Of a DNA stretch of 64,000 nt, positions 10,878-21,363 are shown piece after piece; positions within the stretch are counted from its first letter, which is position 1, and each line of letters begins with the position of its first letter. The notes beneath the pieces are model-generated. The model did no database searches, had not been told where the DNA came from, and saw nothing but the letters and a program-made list of their open reading frames with translations. The stretch comes from Flavobacteriales bacterium (GTDB lineage Bacteria; Bacteroidota; Bacteroidia; Palsa-965), in NCBI GenBank assembly GCA_040377305.1, contig JBEIPA010000014.1:64001-128000 (forward strand). Reading direction: 5' to 3'. A program made the position numbers and the translations under genes.

Positions 10878-11402
10878 TTGATCATGAAACGAATTCTCGC
10901 TTGTTTGACTTTCGTCGTTTTGCTTGCCGCTGGTTGCATGAGTGGTGGCTGGCGCGTCGTAGAAGATGAAGAATTCACGATTGAATTTCCGGGTATTCCT
11001 GTCGATACCGTAACTGCAGTTGGAGAAACGGCCGGAGCAAAAATGTACTTTATTCCTGTCGACGGCGGATTAGATTCAAACGCTTACTACGCAGTTTCCG
11101 TTTACGAACTCAACGATTCCGCAAGCATACTAGGTGATCAACTCGATGATATGCTATTGAAAGATGCCGAGATTTACGCGTGGTCGATGGGCGCATTTCT
11201 CACCGACAGCGGAAGAGTAGTAACGAGCGGAACATACGAAGGACGTGAATACACCATCTTCCTTGCGGAGAATGCAGGCGTGCTGAAGATGAGAAAGTTT
11301 GCGAAAGGAAAAAATCTCTATACCCTCGTTGTGATTACACGGAACGCGTACATGGATAACCGCGATGTGTTTCGCTTTCTGGATTCGTTTAAACTCAAAT
11401 AA
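10878..11402 (+). CDS. Hypothetical lipoprotein
   Basis: Lipobox AAGC; ends FLDSFKLK. Confidence 0.6.
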   Translation: MIMKRILACLTFVVLLAAGCMSGGWRVVEDEEFTIEFPGIPVDTVTAVGETAGAKMYFIPVDGGLDSNAYYAVSVYELNDSASILGDQLDDMLLKDAEIYAWSMGAFLTDSGRVVTSGTYEGREYTIFLAENAGVLKMRKFAKGKNLYTLVVITRNAYMDNRDVFRFLDSFKLK

Positions 11403-11480
11403 TTTGAAATTTGAAGATTTGAAATTCTGATGGTGCTAGCTACGCCCAAGAATCAAATTTTCGAATCTCGAATCTTCGAA

Positions 11481-12056
11481 TTACCAGGAACCCGCACTAT
11501 CCTTCGGCGATAGTGTTACATCAACTTCAACATTCGCAGAGTCAGTCTCCGGAATCATCTTTCCTAAGTCGCTGTCCTGTAATCCCGGAATAACTTTCGG
11601 TGCAACAGTTGCAACAGGACGATACAGCAACGAGTTGTTTTTCATTCCCGCAGGAATTATGTTGATGCTCTTTTCGATTGCATCAATCACGAAAAAAATC
11701 ACGCTGAGAATGAGTACGAATTTGAATCCTCCGAAAGCTGCTCCCGCAATTTTGTTGATGATGCCAATGGAAGCTTTCTCCATCAGCTTCTCAATCAACT
11801 TCGCCACACCGAACACGAGCATGAGAATGCCAACGAAAATCAGCGCAAATGCAATCAGCGGAATGTATGGCGATTGAGAATCAAACCAATCGCTAATCCA
11901 GCCTGCGATAAGGTCTGAGAATTTCATTCCACCCCAAACGCCCAGGAAGAATGCAGCGAGTGTTCCCACTTCCATCACCACTCCTTTCATGAAGCCGCGC
12001 CAGAATCCCCAGAGAACAGGAATGATGATTAAGATATCAATGAAATTCATACTCAA
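11481..12056 (-). CDS. CvpA family membrane protein
   Basis: MNFIDI...GF.RGF.KG..E, NKIAGAAFG, SLLY motifs. Confidence 0.85.
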   Translation of the reverse strand: MSMNFIDILIIIPVLWGFWRGFMKGVVMEVGTLAAFFLGVWGGMKFSDLIAGWISDWFDSQSPYIPLIAFALIFVGILMLVFGVAKLIEKLMEKASIGIINKIAGAAFGGFKFVLILSVIFFVIDAIEKSINIIPAGMKNNSLLYRPVATVAPKVIPGLQDSDLGKMIPETDSANVEVDVTLSPKDSAGSW

Positions 12057-12245
12057 AAGTAATGTGCTAACATGCTAATGGGATAATGTGCTAAAAGCAG
12101 TTGTGAATATCCATTGGTTGACAAGTCGGATAGTACTCCTTGAAGATTATGTCTTGCTTGATTTTTCGCGAACGTTTTTACGACGCAGCTAACCTGTACC
12201 TTTGGCTAGCACATTAACTTATTGGCACATTAGCATATTGTTCGA

Positions 12246-12590
12246 ATGCACATTGATGAACTCATCGCAAGTTGGAAAGCCCTGAAAGTCGCACTCAGAC
12301 CAAAGTTTGGTGACGATATCGACATGCAGGCTATTCTTTTTCTGATCGGCATGCAGGAGCTAGGTCAAGGACCGAAGAAACTTGAAAAGGCAGAGAAGGT
12401 GGATATCATGCATGTTGCAATTTGCACTTTACTCGAACCGCTAGGCTACTACATCTACAAAGGTCGCGACGAAGACAACTGGCCTCATTGGGAAAATACC
12501 GGAAAGATGCCACACATGACTTCCATGGAACAAAATCGTTTTATGCAGATCAGAATCATCGAGTATTTCCGTAGGCAGGGCCTCATCTAA
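12246..12590 (+). CDS. Conserved hypothetical protein (Bacteroidota)
   Basis: ILFLIGMQELG and HVAICTLLEP.GYY...GRDED.WPHW pattern. Confidence 0.7.
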   Translation: MHIDELIASWKALKVALRPKFGDDIDMQAILFLIGMQELGQGPKKLEKAEKVDIMHVAICTLLEPLGYYIYKGRDEDNWPHWENTGKMPHMTSMEQNRFMQIRIIEYFRRQGLI

Positions 12591-12712
12591 TGATCGGATG
12601 ATAGGATTATGTGATGATAGGATAGCGTGAGTCGAAATAAAAAATCCGGACTCATAGCCCGGACTTATATTTTTTCATCAGATGATTTTATCATCCAATC
12701 ATTCTATCATCA

Positions 12713-13063
12713 TTACATCTGCACCGTAACGTTATCCGTTTTGTCGTCCTCGAAGCGAGCTACACGACCTGTAGGATTTCCGTTTACGAAGATGTCGAGA
12801 ATCATTGGGAGATTCGTTTCGAAATTTACTGTTCCTGATCCATCAGTTGTTGCAGTGAGGGTTACATCACCACTCGTGCAATCTACCTGCGCACCAGCCA
12901 TTGGCGCTCCGCCAGGAGCAAGTACAGTGATAACAGCTTTGCAATTGATTTCCTTTGCGCAGCCGGTTGTGAATGTCGTAATCGACACCATCAGCACGAA
13001 AACAAAGAGTCCTGCGAATTTTACGACGAGTTTGTTCATATTTGTGTCCTGTTTGCCAGCCAC
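12713..13063 (-). CDS. Small hypothetical lipoprotein (beta-sandwich)
   Basis: Signal peptide with TGC lipobox; likely start at MNKLVV. Confidence 0.55.
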   Translation of the reverse strand: MAGKQDTNMNKLVVKFAGLFVFVLMVSITTFTTGCAKEINCKAVITVLAPGGAPMAGAQVDCTSGDVTLTATTDGSGTVNFETNLPMILDIFVNGNPTGRVARFEDDKTDNVTVQM

Positions 13064-13144
13064 AAGACGGCTTTTAAGCGGGTTTGCTGCAAAGTAGCCG
13101 AATAACTACTTTTACATTCTAACAAATATAACAAAGTTTTCAAC

Positions 13145-14005
13145 ATGCTTCGTAGGATTACTGCGCTCTTAGCGCTCCCGTTTATCTTCCTGTTATGCAC
13201 CTCTTTCATTGCGGCCGATAACAGGTCTAAAGTGTTGATCTCCACCGAGTTTGGTGACATTAAAATCGTCCTTTTTGACGAGACTCCTAAGCACCGGGAT
13301 AACTTCCTGAAGCTGGTAAAAAACGGCACTATCGACAGCACTCTTTTTCACCGGGTGATCAAATCTTTCATGATTCAGGGTGGTGATCCCGACTCGAAAA
13401 ATGCGAAAAAGGGCGCCATTCTCGGCAACGGAGAAGTTGGTTACACGATTCCTGCAGAGATTCATCCAAACTTATATCACAAACGCGGTGCACTCGCTGC
13501 TGCGCGTCAGTCCGATGACGTGAACCCAAACAAAGAATCTTCAGGTTGTCAGTTCTACATCGTTGAAGGAAGTGTGTGGACAGACAGCTCACTCGATGCA
13601 TTGGTTCAGCAGCGCTGGTACCAGCCTATCAAGCAAAAGATTTTTGATACGTACATCAACAAACCGGAGAACGCAGCAACTAAGTCTGCATTCGTTCGTG
13701 CACAAATTCGCGCGCAACAACTGCGGAACCACGATTCTCTAAACTATTGGGTCGGTGTTGTGAATCCTATTATCGAAGCAGAGTTTGAAAAAACGCCACA
13801 TCGCATTTTGACTGCAGATCAGCGCAAGATGTATACAACCTTTGGTGGTACTCCGTTTCTGGATGGATCTTACACCGTGTTTGGTGAAGTGGTATCAGGC
13901 ATGGATGCAGTTGATGTAATTGCTTCTCAACCAAAAGACAAAAATGATCGTCCGTTCCGCGATGTGAAGATGACGGTGAAATTGAATACTGGTAAGGCTA
14001 AGTAA
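13145..14005 (+). CDS. Cyclophilin-type peptidyl-prolyl isomerase
   Basis: FHRVIKSFMIQGGD, SSGCQFYIV, LDGSYTVFGEV. Confidence 0.92.
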   Translation: MLRRITALLALPFIFLLCTSFIAADNRSKVLISTEFGDIKIVLFDETPKHRDNFLKLVKNGTIDSTLFHRVIKSFMIQGGDPDSKNAKKGAILGNGEVGYTIPAEIHPNLYHKRGALAAARQSDDVNPNKESSGCQFYIVEGSVWTDSSLDALVQQRWYQPIKQKIFDTYINKPENAATKSAFVRAQIRAQQLRNHDSLNYWVGVVNPIIEAEFEKTPHRILTADQRKMYTTFGGTPFLDGSYTVFGEVVSGMDAVDVIASQPKDKNDRPFRDVKMTVKLNTGKAK

Positions 14006-14013
14006 AAAGACGG

Positions 14014-15021
14014 ATGCGCGATAGAATAGAAGAACTGTTCAAAGAAGTTGAGGAATTTTCAGCGAAGACGAAAGAACACGCTGAGGAATTCCGTCTGAAA
14101 TATCTTAGCCGCAAGGGAAAAATTTCTGAGCTCTTTGATGAATTCAAAAATGTTTCTCCCGAGCTTAAGAAGGATGTGGGGCAGATGCTCAACAAGCTCA
14201 AAGTAAAAGCTCAGGAAAAACTCGATGGTGCGAAAGGTGATGCTGATGAATCGTCTGCTTCAACGGGAGAAGATCTCACACGTCCTGTTGCTGAATGGAA
14301 AGGATCACGTCACCCGATTTCAATCGTACGAAAAAACATTCTTGATATTTTCACGCGTCTTGGATTCACCGTTGAGGAAGGTCCGGAGATCGAAGACGAC
14401 TGGCATAACTTCACGGCACTGAATTTCCCGGAAGAACATCCTGCACGTGATATGCAAGACACGTTCTTCATTGGAAATGAAATTGCATTGCGCACACACA
14501 CTTCAAGTGTACAGGTTCGCATTCTTGAAAAAACAAAACCGCCCGTGCGCATTATGATGCCGGGCAGAGTTTATCGCAACGAAGCTGTTTCTGCGCGCGC
14601 ACATTGTTTCTTCCACCAGGTAGAAGGATTGTATGTAGACAAAGGCGTTTCATTCGCAGATCTGAAGCAAACACTTTTGTATTTCGCTCAGGAGATGTTC
14701 GGATCGGAAACTAAAATTCGTTTGCGTCCCTCCTACTTTCCGTTTACAGAGCCGAGTGCTGAGATGGATATCTCGTGCACAATCTGTCACGGAAAAGGAT
14801 GCAACGTTTGCAAACACTCCGGCTGGGTTGAAATTCTCGGTTGCGGAATGGTTGATCCGGCTGTACTTACGAACTGCAAAATCGATCCGGAAGTTTATTC
14901 GGGATTTGCATTCGGAATGGGCATCGAGCGTATCACTATGCTGAAGTACGGCGTGAATGATTTGCGTTTGTTCTCGGAGAACGACGTACGTTTCCTCGCT
15001 CAGTTCGAATCAGAAATCTAG
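14014..15021 (+). CDS. pheS: Phenylalanine--tRNA ligase alpha subunit
   Basis: HPARDMQDTF, LRTHTSSVQ, FHQVEGL, YFPFTEPS, GFAFGMGIER. Confidence 0.98.
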   Translation: MRDRIEELFKEVEEFSAKTKEHAEEFRLKYLSRKGKISELFDEFKNVSPELKKDVGQMLNKLKVKAQEKLDGAKGDADESSASTGEDLTRPVAEWKGSRHPISIVRKNILDIFTRLGFTVEEGPEIEDDWHNFTALNFPEEHPARDMQDTFFIGNEIALRTHTSSVQVRILEKTKPPVRIMMPGRVYRNEAVSARAHCFFHQVEGLYVDKGVSFADLKQTLLYFAQEMFGSETKIRLRPSYFPFTEPSAEMDISCTICHGKGCNVCKHSGWVEILGCGMVDPAVLTNCKIDPEVYSGFAFGMGIERITMLKYGVNDLRLFSENDVRFLAQFESEI

Positions 15022-15072
15022 ATCGAGGCTGTTTTCTGCTACAAAGCTCACTAAGTTCACTAAGCTAAAATC

Positions 15073-15390
15073 ATGACTGTTTCGCGGCTTGATCAATTGC
15101 AGCAAATGTTGACCGAAGAACCAGGCGATTCTTTTCTACAATACGCTGTAGCAGTAGAATATGCAGTCGCTGGAAATATTTCAGAAGCCATCTCAAGAAT
15201 AGAAACGTTGATCGCCGACAAGCCGGATTATCTCGGTGCTTACTACAAACTCGGACAACTTCACGAACAAGTCGGTGCTACTGAAAAAGCCATTGATGTT
15301 TACCGCAGAGGTGCGGAAGTTGCGAAGAAGCAGAATAATGTTAAGACGTTGGGTGAGTTGAATACGGCGATTCTGTTGCTCGAAGATTGA
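15073..15390 (+). CDS. Small TPR protein
   Basis: P.DSFL.YA and PDYLGAYYKLG TPR pattern. Confidence 0.8.
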   Translation: MTVSRLDQLQQMLTEEPGDSFLQYAVAVEYAVAGNISEAISRIETLIADKPDYLGAYYKLGQLHEQVGATEKAIDVYRRGAEVAKKQNNVKTLGELNTAILLLED

Positions 15391-15454
15391 CTACGGACGA
15401 TGTGCAGATTTGCAAATGTGAAGATGTGCAAATGCGAAACTCAGATTGTAACAA

Positions 15455-16006
15455 TCAAAGCTGCGGCTCTAAGGTTCCCATCGTGACCACCGAATCAAGA
15501 ATCAAGAGTTCGGTGTCAAACTTTTCCGTCTGCCTCAAGCGCATCATGTAATCCGCTAGCGAATCGTACGCAACATTTACAAAACTTGAGTCGCGTAGAA
15601 TAAATCTAAATGAATAATACGCAGGCGGTTCGGAACCTTCAAAACATGAATCGAGGGAAACTTTAGAAAACATTCCGGGATTAGGATTTCTCAGCTCCCG
15701 AGAATAACCCTTCGCCATGATTGTTTGTCCATCAATCTCCATCCATTCTATCAATTCACCATTCTCAAAAATATATTCTCCGCGATGCCGTGCACCAGTG
15801 TGCCTGATGATCGTAAATTCACCTTCCATTAGTTCTCCCTGGTAATAGCACTTGCCATTCTTCGTCGCAATTTCATTAGACCCAATATCTTTCGGGCCAC
15901 ACGAACAACAGCACACGCACAGGAGACAAATAAAAATGAAGGTGCCTGTATTACACATTTTTTGAGAGAAAATAAATTCAGCATCTGCACATTTGCAAAT
16001 CTGCAC
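15455..16006 (-). CDS. Hypothetical lipoprotein (true start probably near 15958)
   Basis: Hydrophobic stretch + Cys; the annotated N terminus runs through a repeat. Confidence 0.45.
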   Translation of the reverse strand: MQICKCADAEFIFSQKMCNTGTFIFICLLCVCCCSCGPKDIGSNEIATKNGKCYYQGELMEGEFTIIRHTGARHRGEYIFENGELIEWMEIDGQTIMAKGYSRELRNPNPGMFSKVSLDSCFEGSEPPAYYSFRFILRDSSFVNVAYDSLADYMMRLRQTEKFDTELLILDSVVTMGTLEPQL

Positions 16007-16021
16007 ATCTGCACATATACC

Positions 16022-17467
16022 CTACTCGACTTGTGTCAGCTTAATCATGTTCGTCTTCCCTTTCTCGCTGATCGGAATACTCGCGATGTTAACCAGGAAA
16101 TCGTCTTTCATGATGTGTCCTGCCTTTTTCAGGATGAACTTGATGTCGGCGATCGTATGATCAGTGCTGATGTCGCGATCGTAGTATAGGCCACGTACGC
16201 CCCACACGAGAGAAAGTTGTGTAAGAATTCTATAGTTATCCGTGAAGACAAAAATGTTTGCTTTCGGACGATACGATGAAACTTTAAAGGCCGTGTATCC
16301 CGAATGCGTCATGGTAACGATTGCAACTGCATCGACTTGTTTTGCGAGTTGTGTAGCGCCAAAACAAATGTGATCGGAAAGATAACGCTGCGGATCAGAA
16401 ATTTCGCTGCTGATTTCGGAATAGTACAAATCACTTTCTTCTTCTACCTGCGCAATAATTTTCGACATTGCTCCCACAACTTTGTGCGGATGACGTCCGA
16501 CAGAAGTTTCTCCGCTCAGCATTACTGCATCTGCACCTTCCATTACCGAATTAGCAACGTCGCTTACTTCAGCACGTGAAGGAGAAATGTTCGTGATCAT
16601 GCTTTCCATCATTTGCGTAGCAATGATTACGGGAATTGCAGCACGGCGACATTTACGCACGAGCATTTTCTGAATAACAGGAACGCGCTGCATCGGAACC
16701 TCAACACCGAGATCGCCACGCGCAACCATGATAGCATCCGTTTGTGCGAGAATTGCATCAATGTCCATCACCGCTTCCGGCTTTTCAATCTTCGCAATAA
16801 CTTTCGCTTTGCATCCCGGATCAAGAGTCTGGATGATTGATTTTAATTCGATGATGTCGGTAGAATTTCGCACAAACGACAATCCGATCCAATCGAAATT
16901 GTGTTTCAAAGCGAACTCAAGATCTTTCAGATCCTTTTCGGTAAGACAAGGCAAAGAGATTTTCGTATTCGGAAGGTTCACTCCCTTTTTCGAAGAGAGA
17001 ATTCCTCCGTGCAGAATTGTGGCCACGACTTCATTTACTCCGTTCGTACTGTCGACGTTCAGTACCAGTTTCCCATCGTCGACCAGAATATTTTCACCGG
17101 CTTGTACATCCTTCGGAAACTGCGGATAGGTGATGAATACTTTCGAAGCATTCCCGATCATTTTCTCTGTGGTGAAAATGATCTTCGCACCCTCTACGAG
17201 TTCTACACCATTGTTCTCCACTTCACCAATACGCAATTTCGGACCCTGCAAATCGCCAAGAATTCCGACGTGAGAGCCGAGCTTACGATTCACTGCGTAA
17301 ATATTATTGAGCTGTGCTTCCACCGCAGAATAATCTCCGTGAGAAAAATTGATTCTGAAAATATCAGCGCCTGCCTTTACCATTTCCTCCAGCATCTCGG
17401 GTGAAGAAGATGCGGGGCCCAGCGTTGCAACAATTTTCGTGCGGTTGAATTGTAAACGTTCACTCAT
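16022..17467 (-). CDS. pyk: Pyruvate kinase
   Basis: TKIVATLGPAS, RINFSHG, DLQGPKLR, MVARGDLGVE, MLSGET. Confidence 0.98.
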   Translation of the reverse strand: MSERLQFNRTKIVATLGPASSSPEMLEEMVKAGADIFRINFSHGDYSAVEAQLNNIYAVNRKLGSHVGILGDLQGPKLRIGEVENNGVELVEGAKIIFTTEKMIGNASKVFITYPQFPKDVQAGENILVDDGKLVLNVDSTNGVNEVVATILHGGILSSKKGVNLPNTKISLPCLTEKDLKDLEFALKHNFDWIGLSFVRNSTDIIELKSIIQTLDPGCKAKVIAKIEKPEAVMDIDAILAQTDAIMVARGDLGVEVPMQRVPVIQKMLVRKCRRAAIPVIIATQMMESMITNISPSRAEVSDVANSVMEGADAVMLSGETSVGRHPHKVVGAMSKIIAQVEEESDLYYSEISSEISDPQRYLSDHICFGATQLAKQVDAVAIVTMTHSGYTAFKVSSYRPKANIFVFTDNYRILTQLSLVWGVRGLYYDRDISTDHTIADIKFILKKAGHIMKDDFLVNIASIPISEKGKTNMIKLTQVE

Positions 17468-17471
17468 GTCT

Positions 17472-17915
17472 TTAGAAAATCAGATTTTGTTTAGACTTCA
17501 GCACCTGAGGGTCGATGCGGTAAGCCATTAATATAAACGGAACTCCGCGCATACCGGCAATCATTTGCTGTTCATCTTCCTGCGTGAACGGCCCTTGTGC
17601 GAGGAGAAAATAATCGGCTTGATGTTGTTCAGGCACTAGCAAGCCATGTGTGCCTTTATTGCTGAGCAAAGTGTAGGTTGCTTCGAAATCGGGGTGATCC
17701 CAGGAGTACTGCGTAAAATCGGAAGTAGGTTCGCCCTTCTTCAATGCAAGACTGTACGGTTCTGTTTTCGCCAAATCAATTTCAAGTGATGTATTCAATC
17801 CCCATGCAACACGGTGTGATTTTTCGTGAGATGATATTCCTACGAGAATAAAATCATACTCGTATTCTACTTCCAGCTTATGGCGTTGGATGGGCATTCC
17901 GGTAAAGTTAGTCAT
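17472..17915 (-). CDS. IPExxxVDY-family protein
   Basis: LVPEQHQADY motif, ends LKSKQNLIF, upstream of pyk as is usual in Bacteroidota. Confidence 0.8.
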   Translation of the reverse strand: MTNFTGMPIQRHKLEVEYEYDFILVGISSHEKSHRVAWGLNTSLEIDLAKTEPYSLALKKGEPTSDFTQYSWDHPDFEATYTLLSNKGTHGLLVPEQHQADYFLLAQGPFTQEDEQQMIAGMRGVPFILMAYRIDPQVLKSKQNLIF

Positions 17916-18025
17916 TGCCTGTGTTCTGCAAGTTATGATTACCTGCTGTTACCAACAACCCCTTGTGAACCGTTTTAAACACATAGCATCATAGTCCTTT
18001 GTTTTCTTGCCGGGCGAAAGGAATT

Positions 18026-18124
18026 CATAGCTCACAAGAGAATATCGCTAAGCGATATTTCTCCTGTGTTCTATGATCGCGGTGCACATTAGCACCTAAC
18101 GAAACCTATGATACTATGTGGTTA
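18026..18124. repeat. Dispersed palindromic repeat, copy 1
   Basis: caagagaatatcgctaagcgatatttctc...ctatgat...ctatgatactatg; second copy at about 58562-58661. Confidence 0.75.
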
Positions 18125-18682
18125 GAGTTCCGTTCGAAGTCCCGAAGCAACCGCAATGACAACAGGAATTCCGGGAAGAATATTGGTTGACCAGTCGAGC
18201 GTTTCCGTAATCGGATAGTTGTATTCAATCTCCCCACCGTGCCACACAAATTTTTTCTGCCATTTTCCGGAAGGTGAAAGCTTGAAGTAGCCATCGTCTT
18301 CGTATCCTGAAATATTGAACCACGAACGTCGATAATACCAGAATGGCCCGAGCCCGGCGCTTATGTCGCCCGCATCGCCCATGTCAATTGTGCCGCGTAA
18401 ATTAATCATCGTCATTCCGGCAAATTTTCCTGCACAGTCGCGAAAACCCGATTGGCTGGCTTTCACAGAAAAGAAGCTGTTGATTTTGTATTCACAGGTT
18501 ACTGCCAATCCAAAGTGAAATGCAACCCGATTCTTCTTTCCGATCGCAGTTTTGTAGAGATGGCCGTTGAAATTGTTGTCGGTGTGAATAGAAACTCCCA
18601 TGAATTTGACGCCGACGTACCACTGCGCGTAATTCTGCAAAGCGAATAAAAGAAAGGCAAACAGGAGTATCGTTCGCTTCAT
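18122..18682 (-). CDS. Hypothetical outer-membrane beta-strand protein
   Basis: Signal peptide, alternating aromatic/polar strands. Confidence 0.6.
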   Translation of the reverse strand: MKRTILLFAFLLFALQNYAQWYVGVKFMGVSIHTDNNFNGHLYKTAIGKKNRVAFHFGLAVTCEYKINSFFSVKASQSGFRDCAGKFAGMTMINLRGTIDMGDAGDISAGLGPFWYYRRSWFNISGYEDDGYFKLSPSGKWQKKFVWHGGEIEYNYPITETLDWSTNILPGIPVVIAVASGLRTEL

Positions 18683-18737
18683 AAGCTTGCTGTAAATCTA
18701 CACGTAAATGTTCTATTTTCGTTGCAAGAACTCTGCC

Positions 18738-19976
18738 ATGAAGAACATTCTCCTGTTGTTTGCATTTGTAATCGGTTTCGCATCGTGCGGAACGAAAGAA
18801 GATCCGTTCACCCGAGAACAAAAAGAAATTGATGAATATCTTTCTTCCGATGGACTGAATGTTTACAAAGCATTCAAGGTTTCTATTCGCGGCACGAAAG
18901 CGGCAGGACAAGATCCGGAATTCGATAAAGCACGTGCACAGTTGTTTCTGCTAACCGGATATCTGCTGCAACAGGCGACAGACACCACGCACGAAGTAGA
19001 TGCGTTTGAAGTTTACGAAACTGTTACCGAAGCAAAACCTGCAATCGATGAACTAATCAAGAAAGACGAAGACAGTCTTCCAACGGTGATGGAAAATATT
19101 TCATTCGTGGTAGGGCCAACAAGCGGGGAAGATCCGTTGGCCGGTATGTTTACAGAGAGTGAAGAACATCTTATCCTAAGCGGACTTTGGTTTGCTGGTG
19201 CACATGCACATCCGGACCTTGCGCTGTACGAATTGAATCGCGTGCAATCTGCAGACATTCGCGATCCTCAATTCAAGTGTCTTGCTGAAATGACGCGTTC
19301 ACTATTGTATCTCACGAACAACTGGCCGTATCATGCTGAGAAAAGTGCGGATGATTTTCTCGCAGTTACTGAATCAGAAAAAGCGGCACTGATTGCGAGT
19401 CCATGGCCGATGGTCGATGCAAACGGTAACGAAGTGACACCGGAACAATCATGGCATCAGTTACGTGCGATCGGATATGTATTGCGCGGTGTTGCCCGTG
19501 AGAAATGCGAAGAGGATGAAAAGAAAGAACAGGGTATTGAAGATTTTGAAACCTTCATAACGGAAGCAGAAGCCGGCGGACTAGATCACAAAGTTGTGGA
19601 TCTGGTAGGTTTGCTGGTTGCACTGGAGAAAAAAGATGCCGACAGGGCGAACAGCTACATTGTGAAACTCGAAGCACGTCCTGATCTGACTCAGGAAGAA
19701 AAAGATCTGATTGCGGAAATCAAACCACTCGTTGCAGAAATGAAAGCGGAAGAAGCAAAGGATGCAATTGGTGAGAACAATTTACTCCCCTCTTTCGCGA
19801 CCAACCTGTTTGCAGAACAGTTCATGAATCTACAGGTTGTGAAAGATCTGAAAGCATCGGAAGGCGGAAAGAAATTCATTGGCATAACCGAAATCAAAGC
19901 TCAAGAGCTGATTCCGACCGATGCCATCGACAGCCTCAAAAAGGATGCTGAAGGATTGTTTGAGAAAGTTCTCTAG
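18738..19976 (+). CDS. Hypothetical alpha-helical lipoprotein
   Basis: MKNILL...FASC lipobox, long ORF. Confidence 0.7.
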   Translation: MKNILLLFAFVIGFASCGTKEDPFTREQKEIDEYLSSDGLNVYKAFKVSIRGTKAAGQDPEFDKARAQLFLLTGYLLQQATDTTHEVDAFEVYETVTEAKPAIDELIKKDEDSLPTVMENISFVVGPTSGEDPLAGMFTESEEHLILSGLWFAGAHAHPDLALYELNRVQSADIRDPQFKCLAEMTRSLLYLTNNWPYHAEKSADDFLAVTESEKAALIASPWPMVDANGNEVTPEQSWHQLRAIGYVLRGVAREKCEEDEKKEQGIEDFETFITEAEAGGLDHKVVDLVGLLVALEKKDADRANSYIVKLEARPDLTQEEKDLIAEIKPLVAEMKAEEAKDAIGENNLLPSFATNLFAEQFMNLQVVKDLKASEGGKKFIGITEIKAQELIPTDAIDSLKKDAEGLFEKVL

Positions 19977-20299
19977 TACGGATTCTTCATCGTTTCGCCC
20001 GCAACAGATCCGTTCTGATCAATGCACTGACCCTCTTTCAATGAAAAGCGTACGCCGTCTTTAGAGATGACCGTACCATCGGGTTTGATTGTGCTTCCGT
20101 TTTTCAGGAATACATCTCCCGTGATTTCTTTCCCGTCGAAAAGGACAACCATTTTTCCGTCTCGCATTCTCGCACAATATTGTCCTGGCTCGTCTGCAGA
20201 GAACTCGGTTTTAACAACTCGAGTATTCGCATCGTATGCGTAAGCCGCACCTGTTGAAAGCATTGCTCCTAATGACCAAATGAATAATCGATTTTTCAT
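19973..20299 (-). CDS. DUF6799-like small secreted protein
   Basis: MRDGKM...L.NG..I.PDGTV...DG....LKEGQCID pattern. Confidence 0.65.
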   Translation of the reverse strand: MKNRLFIWSLGAMLSTGAAYAYDANTRVVKTEFSADEPGQYCARMRDGKMVVLFDGKEITGDVFLKNGSTIKPDGTVISKDGVRFSLKEGQCIDQNGSVAGETMKNPY

Positions 20300-20427
20300 G
20301 ACCGTTTTGCTTTAGTTTGTACTTGTAATGGTCGCAAAATCGTGCCGTAAGAAAAAGGAGGGAAAACGTTCGGTAACAAGGGGTTTTTCGCTTCCTGTCG
20401 TGCAGGAGTGTTGACCTTACTCCACAA

Positions 20428-20463
20428 AAAAAGCGTCCCGTCAGTTTAAATTGCCGGGACGCC
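20428..20463 (-). terminator. Intrinsic terminator
   Basis: gcgtcccg...cgggacgc hairpin with A-tract on + strand. Confidence 0.65.
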
Positions 20464-20485
20464 TTAATTGTAATTATCGTGAAGA

Positions 20486-21055
20486 CTATTCGTAAGGCTC
20501 TTCGAAGTAAATCAGGATGTAACCTGCTTCGCTGTCGATCATGCGCTGAGTAGTAACTTCTGTTTTTTGTCCGCCGATTTCAGCAGTCCAGAGGTACTCT
20601 TCCCAATCTTTGTCATCAGTGCGTTTACCTTTGCCATATTTCGCATCGAAATTTGCAACGATGTCTTTGTACAGCTCTTCACCTGATTGTGCGTCAGGCA
20701 TAGTGATGTCCAAATGCACTTTCCAGACCTTCTTTGTGTCTGAATCATAAGCGTACTCGAGCATATACTCGTGATCGTACTCTTCAGTTCCCAGCTTGTA
20801 TAGGTAAGTGAGGTAACCGTCTTCGTCGCTGTCAGCAACTTCACTTCCGTGTTTTTTGCGGACATCATCGATAGACATACCTATAACAGCGCCATTCTCA
20901 AGAATAGTTGTGTTGCTGAAATGTAGTTTAGCGAAATCTGCAGATTTAGCTGCTGGAACTGTTACCGTGCTCTCTTCAGCATCTCCGGTTTTTTCGCCGC
21001 TTCCGCCGCATGCGATCAATGCGCAAAGTGGAAGTGCAAGTAGTAGATTTTTCAT
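20486..21055 (-). CDS. Hypothetical lipoprotein
   Basis: MKNLLL...LIAC lipobox. Confidence 0.65.
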   Translation of the reverse strand: MKNLLLALPLCALIACGGSGEKTGDAEESTVTVPAAKSADFAKLHFSNTTILENGAVIGMSIDDVRKKHGSEVADSDEDGYLTYLYKLGTEEYDHEYMLEYAYDSDTKKVWKVHLDITMPDAQSGEELYKDIVANFDAKYGKGKRTDDKDWEEYLWTAEIGGQKTEVTTQRMIDSEAGYILIYFEEPYE

Positions 21056-21363
21056 TTTCGGTTTTGATTTTGCTGCAAATGTACGAGCCACCACGACATA
21101 CGCCAATATTTATTCATAAATGGGTTCGCTTGATTGACCGTTACTGCTGCACATTTAACAAATGAAATTGCCAATTCGCCCATTTTGAAAGACTTGGGGT
21201 GAATCCAGATAACCGTAGTCCCAAAGGCTGGCACCTTGTATTCATGTTTATTCCGCTGATTTCAAAAGGAACCGGGCTGATGATTCCTTTAATCTCGCTG
21301 CATGCGGGTGGATTGTTCAGCATTTCCTGGGATTTCAATCTGAGGTTTTATCCAGTGATCGTC

